Assembly: GCA_039920285.1 (NCBI GenBank)
Contig: JBDSDX010000001.1
Span: 540,001 to 572,000 of the forward strand
Reading direction: 5' to 3'
DNA length: 32,000 nucleotides
Origin: Candidatus Saccharimonadota bacterium
GTDB taxonomy: Bacteria > Patescibacteriota > Saccharimonadia > Saccharimonadales > Saccharimonadaceae
Shown: positions 17,698-26,620 of the stretch, piece by piece
How the letters are laid out: each line of letters begins with the position of its first letter
Position numbering within the stretch: position 1 is the stretch's first letter
Position numbers and translations under genes: made by a program
The notes under the pieces: model-generated
Told to the model about the DNA's origin: nothing
The model's input: the letters and a program-made list of their open reading frames with translations, nothing else
Database searches by the model: none

Positions 17698-18099
17698 ATG
17701 ACAGAAGATTACGACAAGATGTTACATGAACGAGCAGCAGGCATGGTACGCGCCAACGGCATCGTTTCAATAGTATTTGGATCACTTGGGGTGCTCGTAG
17801 GACTTCTCTATATGTTGGTGTTTGCCTTTGGTGGAACATCGGATTCATATGAGTCTTATGACGTAGTGACTGGTTTGATTTTTGCCTTACTAGTGTTTAT
17901 ATTTGCGGTTCTTCCACACATCTTCTTGATTATTTCAGGAGCAACACTCGTTCGTTTACCGTCTGGAAAGGTTGCTCGTGGTCTGACGATTGCTAACCTT
18001 GTCATTGGCGCACTCTGGAACCTCGTTATTTTGATCATGTCGATCATAAGTCTGACACAGATGAATGACTATGAACGCGGTCACCATCACAAAAAATAA
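17698..18099 (+). CDS. Small integral membrane protein (3-4 predicted TM helices), function unknown
   Basis: 133 aa with AGGAG 8 nt upstream of the ATG and long hydrophobic segments. A terminator follows. Confidence 0.6.
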   Translation: MTEDYDKMLHERAAGMVRANGIVSIVFGSLGVLVGLLYMLVFAFGGTSDSYESYDVVTGLIFALLVFIFAVLPHIFLIISGATLVRLPSGKVARGLTIANLVIGALWNLVILIMSIISLTQMNDYERGHHHKK

Positions 18100-18117
18100 G
18101 TTTTTTGATAAAAGAAA

Positions 18118-18142
18118 ACACCTCACGAAAGTGGGGTGTTTT
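18118..18142 (+). terminator. Rho-independent terminator, probably bidirectional
   Basis: ACACCTCAC, loop GAAA, GTGGGGTGT, with TTTT downstream and AAAA upstream. It sits between the + strand membrane gene and the - strand tRNA-Tyr. Confidence 0.7.
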
Positions 18143-18145
18143 GCT

Positions 18146-18230
18146 TGGTGCTGGAAGTAGGACTCGAACCTACGGAGCCTTACGGCGGGAGATTTACAGT
18201 CTCCTGTGATTGCCACTACACGATTCCAGC
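18146..18230 (-). tRNA. tRNA-Tyr (anticodon GUA), class II long variable arm, CCA encoded
   Basis: Hand-folded cloverleaf:
- Acceptor GCTGGAA/TTCCAGC.
- Anticodon stem GGAGA/TCTCC with loop CTGTAAA.
- T-arm GTAGG-TTCGAGT-CCTAC. Confidence 0.95.
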
Positions 18231-18235
18231 TAATC

Positions 18236-18312
18236 TGGAGCCGCTTCTCGGATTCGAACCGAGGACCTACTGTTTACAAAACAGTTGCTCTAACCAACTG
18301 AGCTAAAGCGGC
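18236..18312 (-). tRNA. tRNA-Thr (anticodon UGU), CCA encoded
   Basis: Hand-folded cloverleaf:
- Acceptor GCCGCTT/AAGCGGC.
- Anticodon stem ACTGT/ACAGT with loop TTTGTAA.
- T-arm CTCGG-TTCGAAT-CCGAG. Confidence 0.95.
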
Positions 18313-18330
18313 ATACACTCTATTTTAGCA

Positions 18331-18406
18331 TGGAGCCGCGATCGGGAGTTGAACCCGAGACCTCATCCTTACCATGGATGCGCTCTACCAACTGAGCTAT
18401 CGCGGC
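18331..18406 (-). tRNA. tRNA-Thr (anticodon GGU), CCA encoded
   Basis: Hand-folded cloverleaf:
- Acceptor GCCGCGA/TCGCGGC.
- Anticodon stem CATCC/GGATG with loop ATGGTAA.
- T-arm TCGGG-TTCAACT-CCCGA. Confidence 0.95.
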
Positions 18407-18555
18407 ATATTGTACACTCGGCGCACATGCGCTTTACGATCAATGGTGAGCTACCGCGGTATATAACGATAGTACTCGATCGATTTTAACATATTTTTAT
18501 CGTTGATTCAATCTGTTAAGAGTAACTTGTTAATATATTTTACCCTTCTCAGGAC

Positions 18556-18584
18556 TTGATTCCCCAGAGGTAGTTTGCTATAGT
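18556..18584 (+). promoter_or_regulatory. Sigma70-like promoter for rpmG
   Basis: TTGATT (18556-18561), a 17-nt spacer, then TATAGT (18579-18584). Confidence 0.55.
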
Positions 18585-18620
18585 AGACCACTGAAAGTCG
18601 ATATCATTTAAGGATTATCT

Positions 18621-18827
18621 ATGCCAAAGAAGAACACAAAGCGCAAACTCGTTGGATTAGTCAGTGAACTGACTGGTCACCGTACGTATTACACAACCAA
18701 AAATACCCAAAACACGACTGAAAAGATCAGCTTGAAGAAGTATGACCCGGTTGCTCGTAAGCACGCTACCTACACCGAAACCAAGAAGAACCTTGGTCGC
18801 AACGAAGTTAAAGCTCGTAAGAACTAG
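18621..18827 (+). CDS. rpmG: 50S ribosomal protein L33 (Cys-free C- form, short C-terminal extension)
   Basis: 68 aa. ...[20 protein letters not shown]...[21 protein letters not shown] resembles the E. coli-type Cys-free L33. Confidence 0.88.
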   Translation: MPKKNTKRKLVGLVSELTGHRTYYTTKNTQNTTEKISLKKYDPVARKHATYTETKKNLGRNEVKARKN

Positions 18828-19504
18828 TTCTCTTCTGATTTGTCGAGAACTCGCGCCAGCCATAGTGCTGACGATATAGCTGCTTCAAGGAGCGTTTCAG
18901 TTAATTTTGATTCGATCGTGTAAACATACAGTTTATTATTCAAAATCTCAATAGCATGCGGCCATAATCTGGCCGCTATTGTTTGCGTCACGATAGGTGT
19001 GAAAAGTTCCTCGATAGATAGGGCATGTGTCGAGGTCGAATATAACTCATAGCGGTTATGGAACTCCTGACTATGGCCACCACGAAAGATGCTATTCACT
19101 ACCTGAAGTTGGTGTGTTGAATCGAAAAACTTATCATATGCCTGTGTCTGTTGGCCAAGAGGGTGCATGAAGAGATGAGGGAGAGGTTCATTACTCTCCA
19201 AACTCAGCTGTAATATAACCCAGTTTTGTTCAGTTTTTACGCGGTTTCGGTCAGTGACAACATCGTAACGATCGACAACGCTAATATCGTACCCATCATA
19301 TGAACCGACTGCGTAGTGTTCATCTTTATGAGTTGTTGAGACAGTAATACCTCTGATATCATCGTATTCATCTGTTTTGCGATCAACGGTACCAAAATAC
19401 ACGAGTCCAATCGTTTGTGAGAAGTGCTTCAAGACGGTACCACGTGCACGCGCAGCCGGTGAGTGACGTGTTATAAAACGACTAAAAACCCCACCGACAG
19501 CCAT
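18824..19504 (-). CDS. Hypothetical protein (226 aa), last gene of the glucan operon
   Basis: Its ATG shares one nucleotide with the GH15 stop (TAATG), implying translational coupling. I recognise no motif. Confidence 0.65.
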   Translation of the reverse strand: MAVGGVFSRFITRHSPAARARGTVLKHFSQTIGLVYFGTVDRKTDEYDDIRGITVSTTHKDEHYAVGSYDGYDISVVDRYDVVTDRNRVKTEQNWVILQLSLESNEPLPHLFMHPLGQQTQAYDKFFDSTHQLQVVNSIFRGGHSQEFHNRYELYSTSTHALSIEELFTPIVTQTIAARLWPHAIEILNNKLYVYTIESKLTETLLEAAISSALWLARVLDKSEEN

Positions 19505-21453
19505 TATTTCAGATCTTTCCCGATAACATCAAGCATAGTGGACAGGTATTCAGCATGTGACCAGGTCAGAGGGGCTGGAGAGACGAGAGAATCGTTAAGT
19601 GGGTTAATCTGCTCACCTAACATACCCGTCGACATTGCATGGTCTTTAATCCAGTTCAAGATATAGAAGACTTCTTTCATATTATCTTGCTCGAGTTCAT
19701 ATTGAGCCAACCAAAGTGTCGTAATATACCACCAGTTACCAGTCACTGTCTCATCACCACGTCGATAATTATCATCTTCGTAGCGGGGGAGTCCTGGTTC
19801 ATCATCAAGAACATGGAAACGTTCTTTCATTGTCGTAATTGAAGCTTTCATCTCTGGGCCATTTAAGTCAAATAATCCGAACATAAAGACACCGAAAATT
19901 GCGGATGTATCGATAACCGCATCTTTAATCACTTCGCCATTTTTTACGATGAGACCCTTATAAAACACTTGACGCTCTTCATTAAAGAGATATTTATGGG
20001 CAGCTTGTTGAATATCACCGGCAGCACTGCGCCATTTAACGGCAGATTCTTCGTCTCCAGCTTCTCCCGCTAATTCAGACGCAGCCAGCAGTGCGCCGTA
20101 TGTAACCGAAGTAGTATACGTAGTCGTTAAGAATACTTCTTCCCACAAGTCATAGCTTGGTTTTGGTAACCCGGTAACTTCATCAATATAGCCAACGAGA
20201 AATTCTGCCATAGGTTTGATCATCGAGACATAGAAATCTTTAATCAAATTCTTATCTTTGTTCGTGTGAGCAAATTGACTAAACATAAATATAACCAGTG
20301 CGGTTTCATCTTCTTGAATTGGTGCCGCAACAGTGCCATCTTCATGAACATATGGATGCCAACTACTTCCGAGGGCTCCGTCAGCGCGATATTTATGCAT
20401 CAAGAATCCACCTGGGTGAAGGCCACGTTTACAAAATTCAAAGAAACGGTATGGTTCATCGAAATAGCCCATGCGAATCATTGGCCACATAGTATAGGCG
20501 CCGTCTCGTGGCCAACTGTAGGCGTAGGCATCCTTAGAATAGTTGAGCATCGTGCTGTCAGTACTCGCAATCACTGCGCCGCGCTTATCCATCTGTGACT
20601 TCATGATCATAACACTGTGCAAGAACAAGTCTTGATGCTCTTTTGGCACTTTATGAGCAAGGTTAATAGCTGGTTTTAACCACTCATGCCACCAGCTGGC
20701 TGTATCATGAAGTCGTTTAGCAAAACCATCCTGTTTTACTTGTTTATGGATGTAGAGTGCTTCACGGGTCGACATACCGCAAGCAACCCAATAATGTACT
20801 CTTTCGGAACTTTGAGCAGCGACTTGCAACGTAAATCCTAAGATTGAATCGACACGTCCATGTTCAACAGCATTATTTCCCAGGAGTCCATCTTCAGCGT
20901 CCTTGTACGATCCTTCGTGATCGACATCGCCGAATATACCAATGGTGTGTTGGTCAAAGACTTTTCCTTCGTGGCTTCCAGAGATAATAAAAGCACGACG
21001 ACCACGATAGTGAAGTATCGCATCACTGTCAGGTAACCACTGTGCGGTATCGGTATTGCTCCGAGAATCACCGATTGCAAAAGCTTGATACATAAAGAGT
21101 TTTATCTCACGTGCCGTATCAGCAAGGTTTATAACATGGATATTACGCATGAACAGACTCACTTCAGCATCAACACAGTCATCGAACTCGATGATAATAT
21201 TGAGTTTTTCATTTTTCGCGAAAGTATGACCGATTAACGAGGTATGAGGATACCCAAATTTGAATGCCCAGTCACCCTCGTCGTCGAGCCAGCTTAAAAC
21301 GCCGTAGACGTAGACACCGACGCGGTGACGAAGATTGGCACCTGCTGCGTGGTTTTCAAAGCCGACGTATGGATAGTAGAAGTCGTGCACTAATCCATAT
21401 TTGTTGAGTCCGACATGAAGTTCACCGTTGCCCAGGACGATGGGTCTAGCCAC
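19504..21453 (-). CDS. Glycoside hydrolase family 15 (glucoamylase/glucodextranase-like)
   Basis: GH15-type (alpha/alpha)6 motifs: ...YAYSWPRDGAY..., ...DLWEE..., ...LGEQINP...PLTWSHAEY. I chose the GTG at 21453 because GGAGG lies 5 nt upstream. The alternative ATG at 21501 would overlap GH57 by 56 nt. Confidence 0.88.
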   Translation of the reverse strand: MARPIVLGNGELHVGLNKYGLVHDFYYPYVGFENHAAGANLRHRVGVYVYGVLSWLDDEGDWAFKFGYPHTSLIGHTFAKNEKLNIIIEFDDCVDAEVSLFMRNIHVINLADTAREIKLFMYQAFAIGDSRSNTDTAQWLPDSDAILHYRGRRAFIISGSHEGKVFDQHTIGIFGDVDHEGSYKDAEDGLLGNNAVEHGRVDSILGFTLQVAAQSSERVHYWVACGMSTREALYIHKQVKQDGFAKRLHDTASWWHEWLKPAINLAHKVPKEHQDLFLHSVMIMKSQMDKRGAVIASTDSTMLNYSKDAYAYSWPRDGAYTMWPMIRMGYFDEPYRFFEFCKRGLHPGGFLMHKYRADGALGSSWHPYVHEDGTVAAPIQEDETALVIFMFSQFAHTNKDKNLIKDFYVSMIKPMAEFLVGYIDEVTGLPKPSYDLWEEVFLTTTYTTSVTYGALLAASELAGEAGDEESAVKWRSAAGDIQQAAHKYLFNEERQVFYKGLIVKNGEVIKDAVIDTSAIFGVFMFGLFDLNGPEMKASITTMKERFHVLDDEPGLPRYEDDNYRRGDETVTGNWWYITTLWLAQYELEQDNMKEVFYILNWIKDHAMSTGMLGEQINPLNDSLVSPAPLTWSHAEYLSTMLDVIGKDLK

Positions 21454-22675
21454 GCAGACCTCCTGTCTTGTGTGTTTCGTGCAAACGCCAACGTAGGTCA
21501 CGGATCACGTTAATGTAATATAAAAATGCATCGTAAGGTGACTCGTACGGACTAAAGTAGGCGTGAACATCACCATCGGTGAACCATTTAGTACACATAT
21601 AATACGCGTGGTCAGAGGTTTGGAGATGACGCCAATCTGAAATCAAAGTTTCGTCACCAGTTCGTAAGATATCAGCTTCGAGAGAGTAAAGGTGAGTAAG
21701 TGCCTCTTGCTGCATCGAGTTACCAGTCCAGGCGGTTAAATCACGCTCACTATCGGCCCATGTGACCGTACTCGGCATACTAATCGTTCCGGCAGGTTTA
21801 TTTACGTCAATCGCCTCAGATACGGTATAGAAGGTATTGTTCGGGTCGGTGAGCCATCGTTCAACGAAGTCTCCGAAGAAATCGAAGATACCAGTGTCTG
21901 CCCATTGGTGTTCACCGAAGGTTTCGTAGTCCATAAAGAGATTGACCAGGGGTTGATCTTCAATCGATTTGTTCATCCACTCAGTATATTTATCGACAGT
22001 TAGTGGCCATTCTTGCCATGCGCGGTTACTGAAACGGAAGGCGAGGTCATCGCTCAGACGATAGTTCTTCAGTAGAAGTGCAATATTTTCAGTTCCCTCT
22101 GGTTTGTACACGAAGTTAGGGCTTCGCCAGTCAAGAATAGGATCCCAACCTTCGGCAACAATACCCTTAAAGCCGTAGGCATCAGCCCATTTACCAAGCT
22201 CGTCATTGTACGCCAACTCAGTATTTCTAAAGACACTTGTCTCAACACCAAAGAGTTCTTTGATCTTATCAGCGTGCATCTGAACCTGTTTCTCAAACTC
22301 GGTTCGACTATAAAAGAAAGCAAGAGAGTGATAATACGTCTCGGATAAGATTTCGACTCGTCCGGTATCAACAATACGCTTGAAGCTCTCAATAATTTCA
22401 GGATCCCACTGCTGAGCTTGTTCCAGGAATGTCCCTGTAATACTGAGAGAGACTTTGAAGTCAGGTTGTGAGGCGAGGAGCTTTTCAAGAAGAGCATTCA
22501 TCGGACGATATGACTTTTCGGCAACTTTACGGAAGATCTTCTCGTTGTTTCGATCACCCAGCGCATCCGTATCAGTAAAGTAGTTGTGATCTATCGCGGT
22601 ATCAAAGACACTGTAATCCCGGACACGGAGAGGTTGGTGTACATGCAGATAGAGCGTAATTCCACGTTGGCTCAT
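21446..22675 (-). CDS. Glycoside hydrolase family 57 (alpha-amylase / alpha-glucan-active enzyme)
   Basis: 409 aa with an N-terminal LYLHVHQPLR motif and GRVEILSETYYHSL, both typical of GH57. The start overlaps the GT4 stop (ATGA). Confidence 0.9.
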   Translation of the reverse strand: MSQRGITLYLHVHQPLRVRDYSVFDTAIDHNYFTDTDALGDRNNEKIFRKVAEKSYRPMNALLEKLLASQPDFKVSLSITGTFLEQAQQWDPEIIESFKRIVDTGRVEILSETYYHSLAFFYSRTEFEKQVQMHADKIKELFGVETSVFRNTELAYNDELGKWADAYGFKGIVAEGWDPILDWRSPNFVYKPEGTENIALLLKNYRLSDDLAFRFSNRAWQEWPLTVDKYTEWMNKSIEDQPLVNLFMDYETFGEHQWADTGIFDFFGDFVERWLTDPNNTFYTVSEAIDVNKPAGTISMPSTVTWADSERDLTAWTGNSMQQEALTHLYSLEADILRTGDETLISDWRHLQTSDHAYYMCTKWFTDGDVHAYFSPYESPYDAFLYYINVIRDLRWRLHETHKTGGLRG

Positions 22676-23889
22676 GCGAGAACCCTTGCAAGCGGACGCT
22701 GATACAGACTTTTACATTGTTTCGCGACATCGTTCCATGACACCTGAGCATACTCTTCGAGCACATTTTCGCGAAGAGAATTACGGAGCGAGTCTGAAGT
22801 CGCAATACCGACAATTTGATCTGCCAATCGGTCAACATCCCAAAAATCATACTTCATCGTATTGCTTAGCACTTCACTGACACCAGATTGACGAGTCAAG
22901 ATGAGCGCATTTCCATGGTGGGCCGCTTCGAGGGCGGTGAGGCCAAATGGTTCACTGACAGAGCTCAAAACAAAGATATCTGCCACACTATACGCATCGC
23001 GCCACTGTTTACCACGAACGAAACCGGTAAAGAATACTTTATCGGCAATACCAAGGTCAGAGGCAAGTTGAATAAGTTCATTTCGCTGTTCGCCGTCACC
23101 AGCCATCAAGAGAGCGATGCGGTCGTATTTATCAATCGCCTTGGCTGTCGCTCTCACAAGATACTCTAAACCTTTTTGAATAGTAAAACGAGTGATTGCC
23201 GTCATGATAGTGTAGCCTTCGCTCTTGAGTTCTTCGAGATAGCGATATGTGCGACGATCGTATTCATAGCCATCATTAAAACTTTCAACATCAATCGCAT
23301 TATGCACAACTTCAACCTTATCTGCAGGAATACCATATTTTTCGACAATAATACGCTTGGTAATGTCACTCACGGCAATAACTCTATCGGCGACCATAAG
23401 ACCTTGGTATTCAATTTCGTGGACAATAGGGTTACCAGAATGTCCACCAGCACGATCAAACTCAGTTGCGTGAACATGAACGATCAAGGGTTTGTCTGTC
23501 AGTTGCTTGGCACGAATCCCAGCTTCCATAGTAAGCCAGTCATGAGCATGAATAGCATCGAAGTCATTATCTTTTGTGAGTTGTTCAACAAACTTGGTAT
23601 ATTCGCGTTGTACACCACGAATGTCCCTTGGCATTTCACCAGGAATCATAGTTGTTTGGGCAACGAACTGACTCTCATAGGCACCCATTCCGTAACGTTC
23701 GAGAGGAGTTAAAGAAGTTGCGGCATGAATTTTCATAAAATCAATCGTTGAATGTTCAGCTTCATACGGCACGACAAAGTCGATAGAGACACCATCTTGT
23801 GCTAAGGCTTTCGCAAGATGATAGCAAGCAACGCCAAGTCCACCACTATTGTGTGGAGGTAGCTCCCATCCCAACATTAATATTTTCAT
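22672..23889 (-). CDS. GT4-type glycosyltransferase (glycogen/alpha-glucan synthase-like)
   Basis: 405 aa, MKILMLGWELPPHNSGGLGVACYHLAKAL..., with a C-terminal E..G...LEA motif (EPFGLTALEAA). Confidence 0.9.
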   Translation of the reverse strand: MKILMLGWELPPHNSGGLGVACYHLAKALAQDGVSIDFVVPYEAEHSTIDFMKIHAATSLTPLERYGMGAYESQFVAQTTMIPGEMPRDIRGVQREYTKFVEQLTKDNDFDAIHAHDWLTMEAGIRAKQLTDKPLIVHVHATEFDRAGGHSGNPIVHEIEYQGLMVADRVIAVSDITKRIIVEKYGIPADKVEVVHNAIDVESFNDGYEYDRRTYRYLEELKSEGYTIMTAITRFTIQKGLEYLVRATAKAIDKYDRIALLMAGDGEQRNELIQLASDLGIADKVFFTGFVRGKQWRDAYSVADIFVLSSVSEPFGLTALEAAHHGNALILTRQSGVSEVLSNTMKYDFWDVDRLADQIVGIATSDSLRNSLRENVLEEYAQVSWNDVAKQCKSLYQRPLARVLA

Positions 23890-24009
23890 ACCCCTTGCAA
23901 CGAGTAACCAATAGGCTAGTCGACACTCCTTTGTTTTTTGGCCAATTTCAATTTCAATTATAGATGTAAGCTTATGCTTTTACAACAGTAAAACGGGCGA
24001 TATAACAGA

Positions 24010-25170
24010 TTATTTCTCGTCGAATTCGCTAATGTCGTGTGCGCGCCACGTATTCACTGCTTTTTTGTACGAAATGAGTTGAGAATAGCCCCATAGTTCC
24101 ATCCAGCGTCGAACCCAGTATCCAGCCTTGCCGGACACATAGATACCGTGCCATTCGACGTAGCCCCAGCCTTCACCAACAGGAAAGCCGCACATGACCG
24201 AGCGAGGATGAAAAGCAAACCGTGGCCGCTTTGTAATGACGCGAGAGAGGTGCTTCGCAACGTAGGTACCTTGTTGCATTGCTGGCCATGCCATGCCACT
24301 AAATTTCACTGAGTTGTTGTCACCGATCACGTACACGTGCGGAAGCGCTTCAAGGTAAGGGTTTACGTTGACCCGTCCATTCGGAGCAAGATGGAACATG
24401 TCAGCGTGAGCGTTAAAGAAAGGGTTATTGGCGACGCCAGATGTCCATATAGCCGTCGTTGTGGGTACTTGCTTACCATCAATCGTAATAAAGTCACCCT
24501 GAAGTTCACTGACTTTATGGTTCACAAGGACTTTCACCCCAATACTCTTTAATCGTTTCGAAACAATGTTAGATGCAGTTGTCGATGAACGAGGCAAAAT
24601 ACGAGGTGCAGCCTCAACCAGAGTCACTTTCGCTCTCGAATTCTTTAAACGATGAACCCTCACAAGGTAGCGGAGATAATCACTCAAAGCACCAGCAAGC
24701 TCGACGCCCGTTGGGCCGGCACCAATAACGAAATATTCCTTATCAAGTTTTCGTTCAACAACTTCCTTATTGATATGCTCCTGAAATGCATCAACTTCAG
24801 CTAGAGACTTGATACCAAATGCGTGTTCTGCGACACCGGTAATATTGAAGTATGTCGTCACAGAACCCATCGCCAGAATGAGCGTATCGTAGTGGTATTG
24901 ATTTTGTTTACTAATAACAATGCGACGCTGAGTATCAAGATTTTCAATCTTATCTTTAACTACAGTAACGTTCGGATGGTCTATAAAGATGTCATTGAGC
25001 GGGAATACTGATTCTGATTCATTACGACCAGTCGCCGTCGCATAGAGACTCGCATGGTGAAGGAAATAGGATTCATTAGAGATAAGTGTCACCTTACCAG
25101 TCTGACGCTTGGAGAGCTCCAGAGCAGCTTTGATACCAGCAAATCCGCCACCAACAATTACGATATTCAT
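24010..25170 (-). CDS. ndh: Type II NADH:quinone oxidoreductase (NDH-2)
   Basis: Starting at 25170 gives MNIVIVGGGFAGIKAA (first Rossmann GxGxxG); a second one is at GAGPTGVELAG. The longer track ORF to 25287 would run into tRNA-Trp. Confidence 0.9.
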   Translation of the reverse strand: MNIVIVGGGFAGIKAALELSKRQTGKVTLISNESYFLHHASLYATATGRNESESVFPLNDIFIDHPNVTVVKDKIENLDTQRRIVISKQNQYHYDTLILAMGSVTTYFNITGVAEHAFGIKSLAEVDAFQEHINKEVVERKLDKEYFVIGAGPTGVELAGALSDYLRYLVRVHRLKNSRAKVTLVEAAPRILPRSSTTASNIVSKRLKSIGVKVLVNHKVSELQGDFITIDGKQVPTTTAIWTSGVANNPFFNAHADMFHLAPNGRVNVNPYLEALPHVYVIGDNNSVKFSGMAWPAMQQGTYVAKHLSRVITKRPRFAFHPRSVMCGFPVGEGWGYVEWHGIYVSGKAGYWVRRWMELWGYSQLISYKKAVNTWRAHDISEFDEK

Positions 25171-25230
25171 TACGCTAATGGTATCAGGCTTATGTGAAGC
25201 GGTAAAGCACTTTCGGTAAATTCTCGTATC

Positions 25231-25239
25231 TGTTAGAAT
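25231..25239 (+). promoter_or_regulatory. Extended -10 promoter element for tRNA-Trp
   Basis: TGtTAGAAT lies 12 nt upstream of the tRNA 5' end. The -35 is weak. Confidence 0.4.
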
Positions 25240-25250
25240 GTGAAAGCTAT

Positions 25251-25325
25251 AGGGGCATAGTACAACGGTTAGTACATAGGTCTCCAAAACCTAGGATCGT
25301 GGTTCGATTCCACGTGCCCCTGCCA
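25251..25325 (+). tRNA. tRNA-Trp (anticodon CCA), CCA encoded
   Basis: Hand-folded cloverleaf:
- Acceptor AGGGGCA/TGCCCCT.
- D-arm GTAC..GTAC.
- Anticodon stem TAGGT/ACCTA with loop CTCCAAA.
- T-arm CGTGG-TTCGATT-CCACG. Confidence 0.95.
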
Positions 25326-25333
25326 AGAAAATG

Positions 25334-25359
25334 GACTGATATTTATATCAGTCTTTTTT
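25334..25359 (+). terminator. Rho-independent terminator after tRNA-Trp
   Basis: GACTGAT, loop atttat, ATCAGTC, followed by TTTTTT. Confidence 0.75.
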
Positions 25360-25410
25360 CTTGATTGAAGCATGTTGAGTTGAAACAGAATCTACGAACG
25401 AAGTGAGTAA

Positions 25411-25504
25411 GATCGTGGTTCGAGCACGAGGAGCAGCGAAAATGTGTTTACATATTTTCGTGTGACGATGCTGCTATCTTTAGATATTCCACGTGCCTCT
25501 GCCA
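25411..25504 (+). repeat. Second copy of the tRNA-Trp 3' portion, split in the T-loop by a 63-nt structured insert
   Basis: GATCGTGGTTCGA (25411-25423) is identical to 25295-25307. TTCCACGTGCCTCTGCCA (25487-25504) matches 25308-25325 with one C>T change. The insert 25424-25486 holds nested helices AGCAGC/GCTGCT and CGAAAAT/ATTTTCG. I found no matching 5' acceptor half. Confidence 0.7.
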
Positions 25505-25553
25505 AGCAAGAGCAGTTTACAAATACCGTCTTTTATGGTATTTTAATTGTATT

Positions 25554-26009
25554 ATGATATTTCCAGTATACCGTACCGAACTCGTCTTATCACAACCCGA
25601 AACTTTTGCACGAAGCTCTTATCTTCTCGGAGATCAACTGCAGAGTTTTTTCACAGATGAAGTTGCAGGTTCAATAGCTGTTGGATCTCAAGTCATCTCT
25701 TCATCAGAGGTCTATAAATTAGGTGAGATTTCAGTGGAGCCACCTATAGAGAGGATTTACGATATCCTGACTGAAAATATATTTTTTGCTCATGTTGGTG
25801 TCGAAGATCATGGTAAAAATAGTATACCTGATTACGTTGAATCACCGATAGATCTTAAGGCTCGTGGGCGTTTTAATGACATTGACGTATCAATTGCGGG
25901 ACTCTACTATCAATCAAATAAACATGTGGGATGGATGAATATTTCGCCACGATTAGCATTGTTCAAGACTATCTCTGACGAAGATCAGCGAAAAATGCTA
26001 GGACTATAA
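25554..26009 (+). CDS. Hypothetical protein (151 aa)
   Basis: This is the only sizeable ORF in the interval. It is AT-rich and has no motif I recognise. Confidence 0.5.
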   Translation: MIFPVYRTELVLSQPETFARSSYLLGDQLQSFFTDEVAGSIAVGSQVISSSEVYKLGEISVEPPIERIYDILTENIFFAHVGVEDHGKNSIPDYVESPIDLKARGRFNDIDVSIAGLYYQSNKHVGWMNISPRLALFKTISDEDQRKMLGL

Positions 26010-26062
26010 GTTCTAAGCTCGTCCGCTAGGGGCTACCAAGAAGCATTTTCAATTCTGTTAGT

Positions 26063-26620
26063 TCAGAGGTATTTTGTTTGTTCAATATATGCTACGAGTT
26101 CACTATTTGCTTGATCAAGAAGGTAAGGGGCTAGGTCCTCAGGGTGATTTATTTGCATTGATTTGAATTCATCGATCGAAACCACCTCAAATCCTACACC
26201 TTCGCCTCCTTCGATCTTCAAATCTAGTGGATCCCCGTCATATGCATAGGCATACGAGGCACGCATCACATTACTCAGGTACTCTTTTCCATGGTTATCT
26301 TCAATATAGTTTACATATCTAATAGGTAGTTTTGAGAGTCGAGTCACATCAATAGTTACGCCTGATTCTTCGAGGGACTCTTTAATAGCTGCTTGGTCGT
26401 AGCTCATACCTTGTCCAACATGACCACTAACTGTTGTTGTTAGCTTTCCTGGGCTGTTTAATTTGCTCATACTGCGACGTTGAAGGATAAGCTTCTTGTC
26501 AGGAGTATAGAAGAGTATAAGAATCATACGGCATATAAGACCTTCTTGATGAACTTTTTCACGTTCAGCATAGCCGACAATCTCGTCTTGCTCGTTAACG
26601 ATGTCTAGAATCTCTGTCAT
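26063..26620 (-). CDS. Nudix-family hydrolase (IDI-like)
   Basis: 185 aa with a degenerate Nudix box GHVGQGMSYDQAAIKESLEESGV (G-x5-[E>M]-x7-[R>K]-E-x2-EE-x-G). Confidence 0.8.
   Translation of the reverse strand: MTEILDIVNEQDEIVGYAEREKVHQEGLICRMILILFYTPDKKLILQRRSMSKLNSPGKLTTTVSGHVGQGMSYDQAAIKESLEESGVTIDVTRLSKLPIRYVNYIEDNHGKEYLSNVMRASYAYAYDGDPLDLKIEGGEGVGFEVVSIDEFKSMQINHPEDLAPYLLDQANSELVAYIEQTKYL

Noticed and set aside
18407-18500. Possible fourth tRNA or tRNA remnant upstream of the minus-strand tRNA cluster (string ...GGTAGCTCACCA on the minus strand).
   Set aside because: No cloverleaf can be folded: there is no T-arm or anticodon arm. The TACAAT immediately upstream of tRNA-Thr(GGU) on the minus strand suggests this is simply the promoter region.
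23943-23959. Micro-repeat CAATTTCAATTTCAATT upstream of the GT4 gene.
   Set aside because: It has only about 2.5 copies of a 6-mer in an AT-rich promoter region. That is too short to call a functional repeat or a phase-variation tract.
25171-25287. Longer N-terminus of the NDH-2 ORF (track end 25287).
   Set aside because: It would overlap tRNA-Trp and its promoter. The FAD-binding GGGFAG motif begins immediately after the internal Met at 25170, as is normal for NDH-2.
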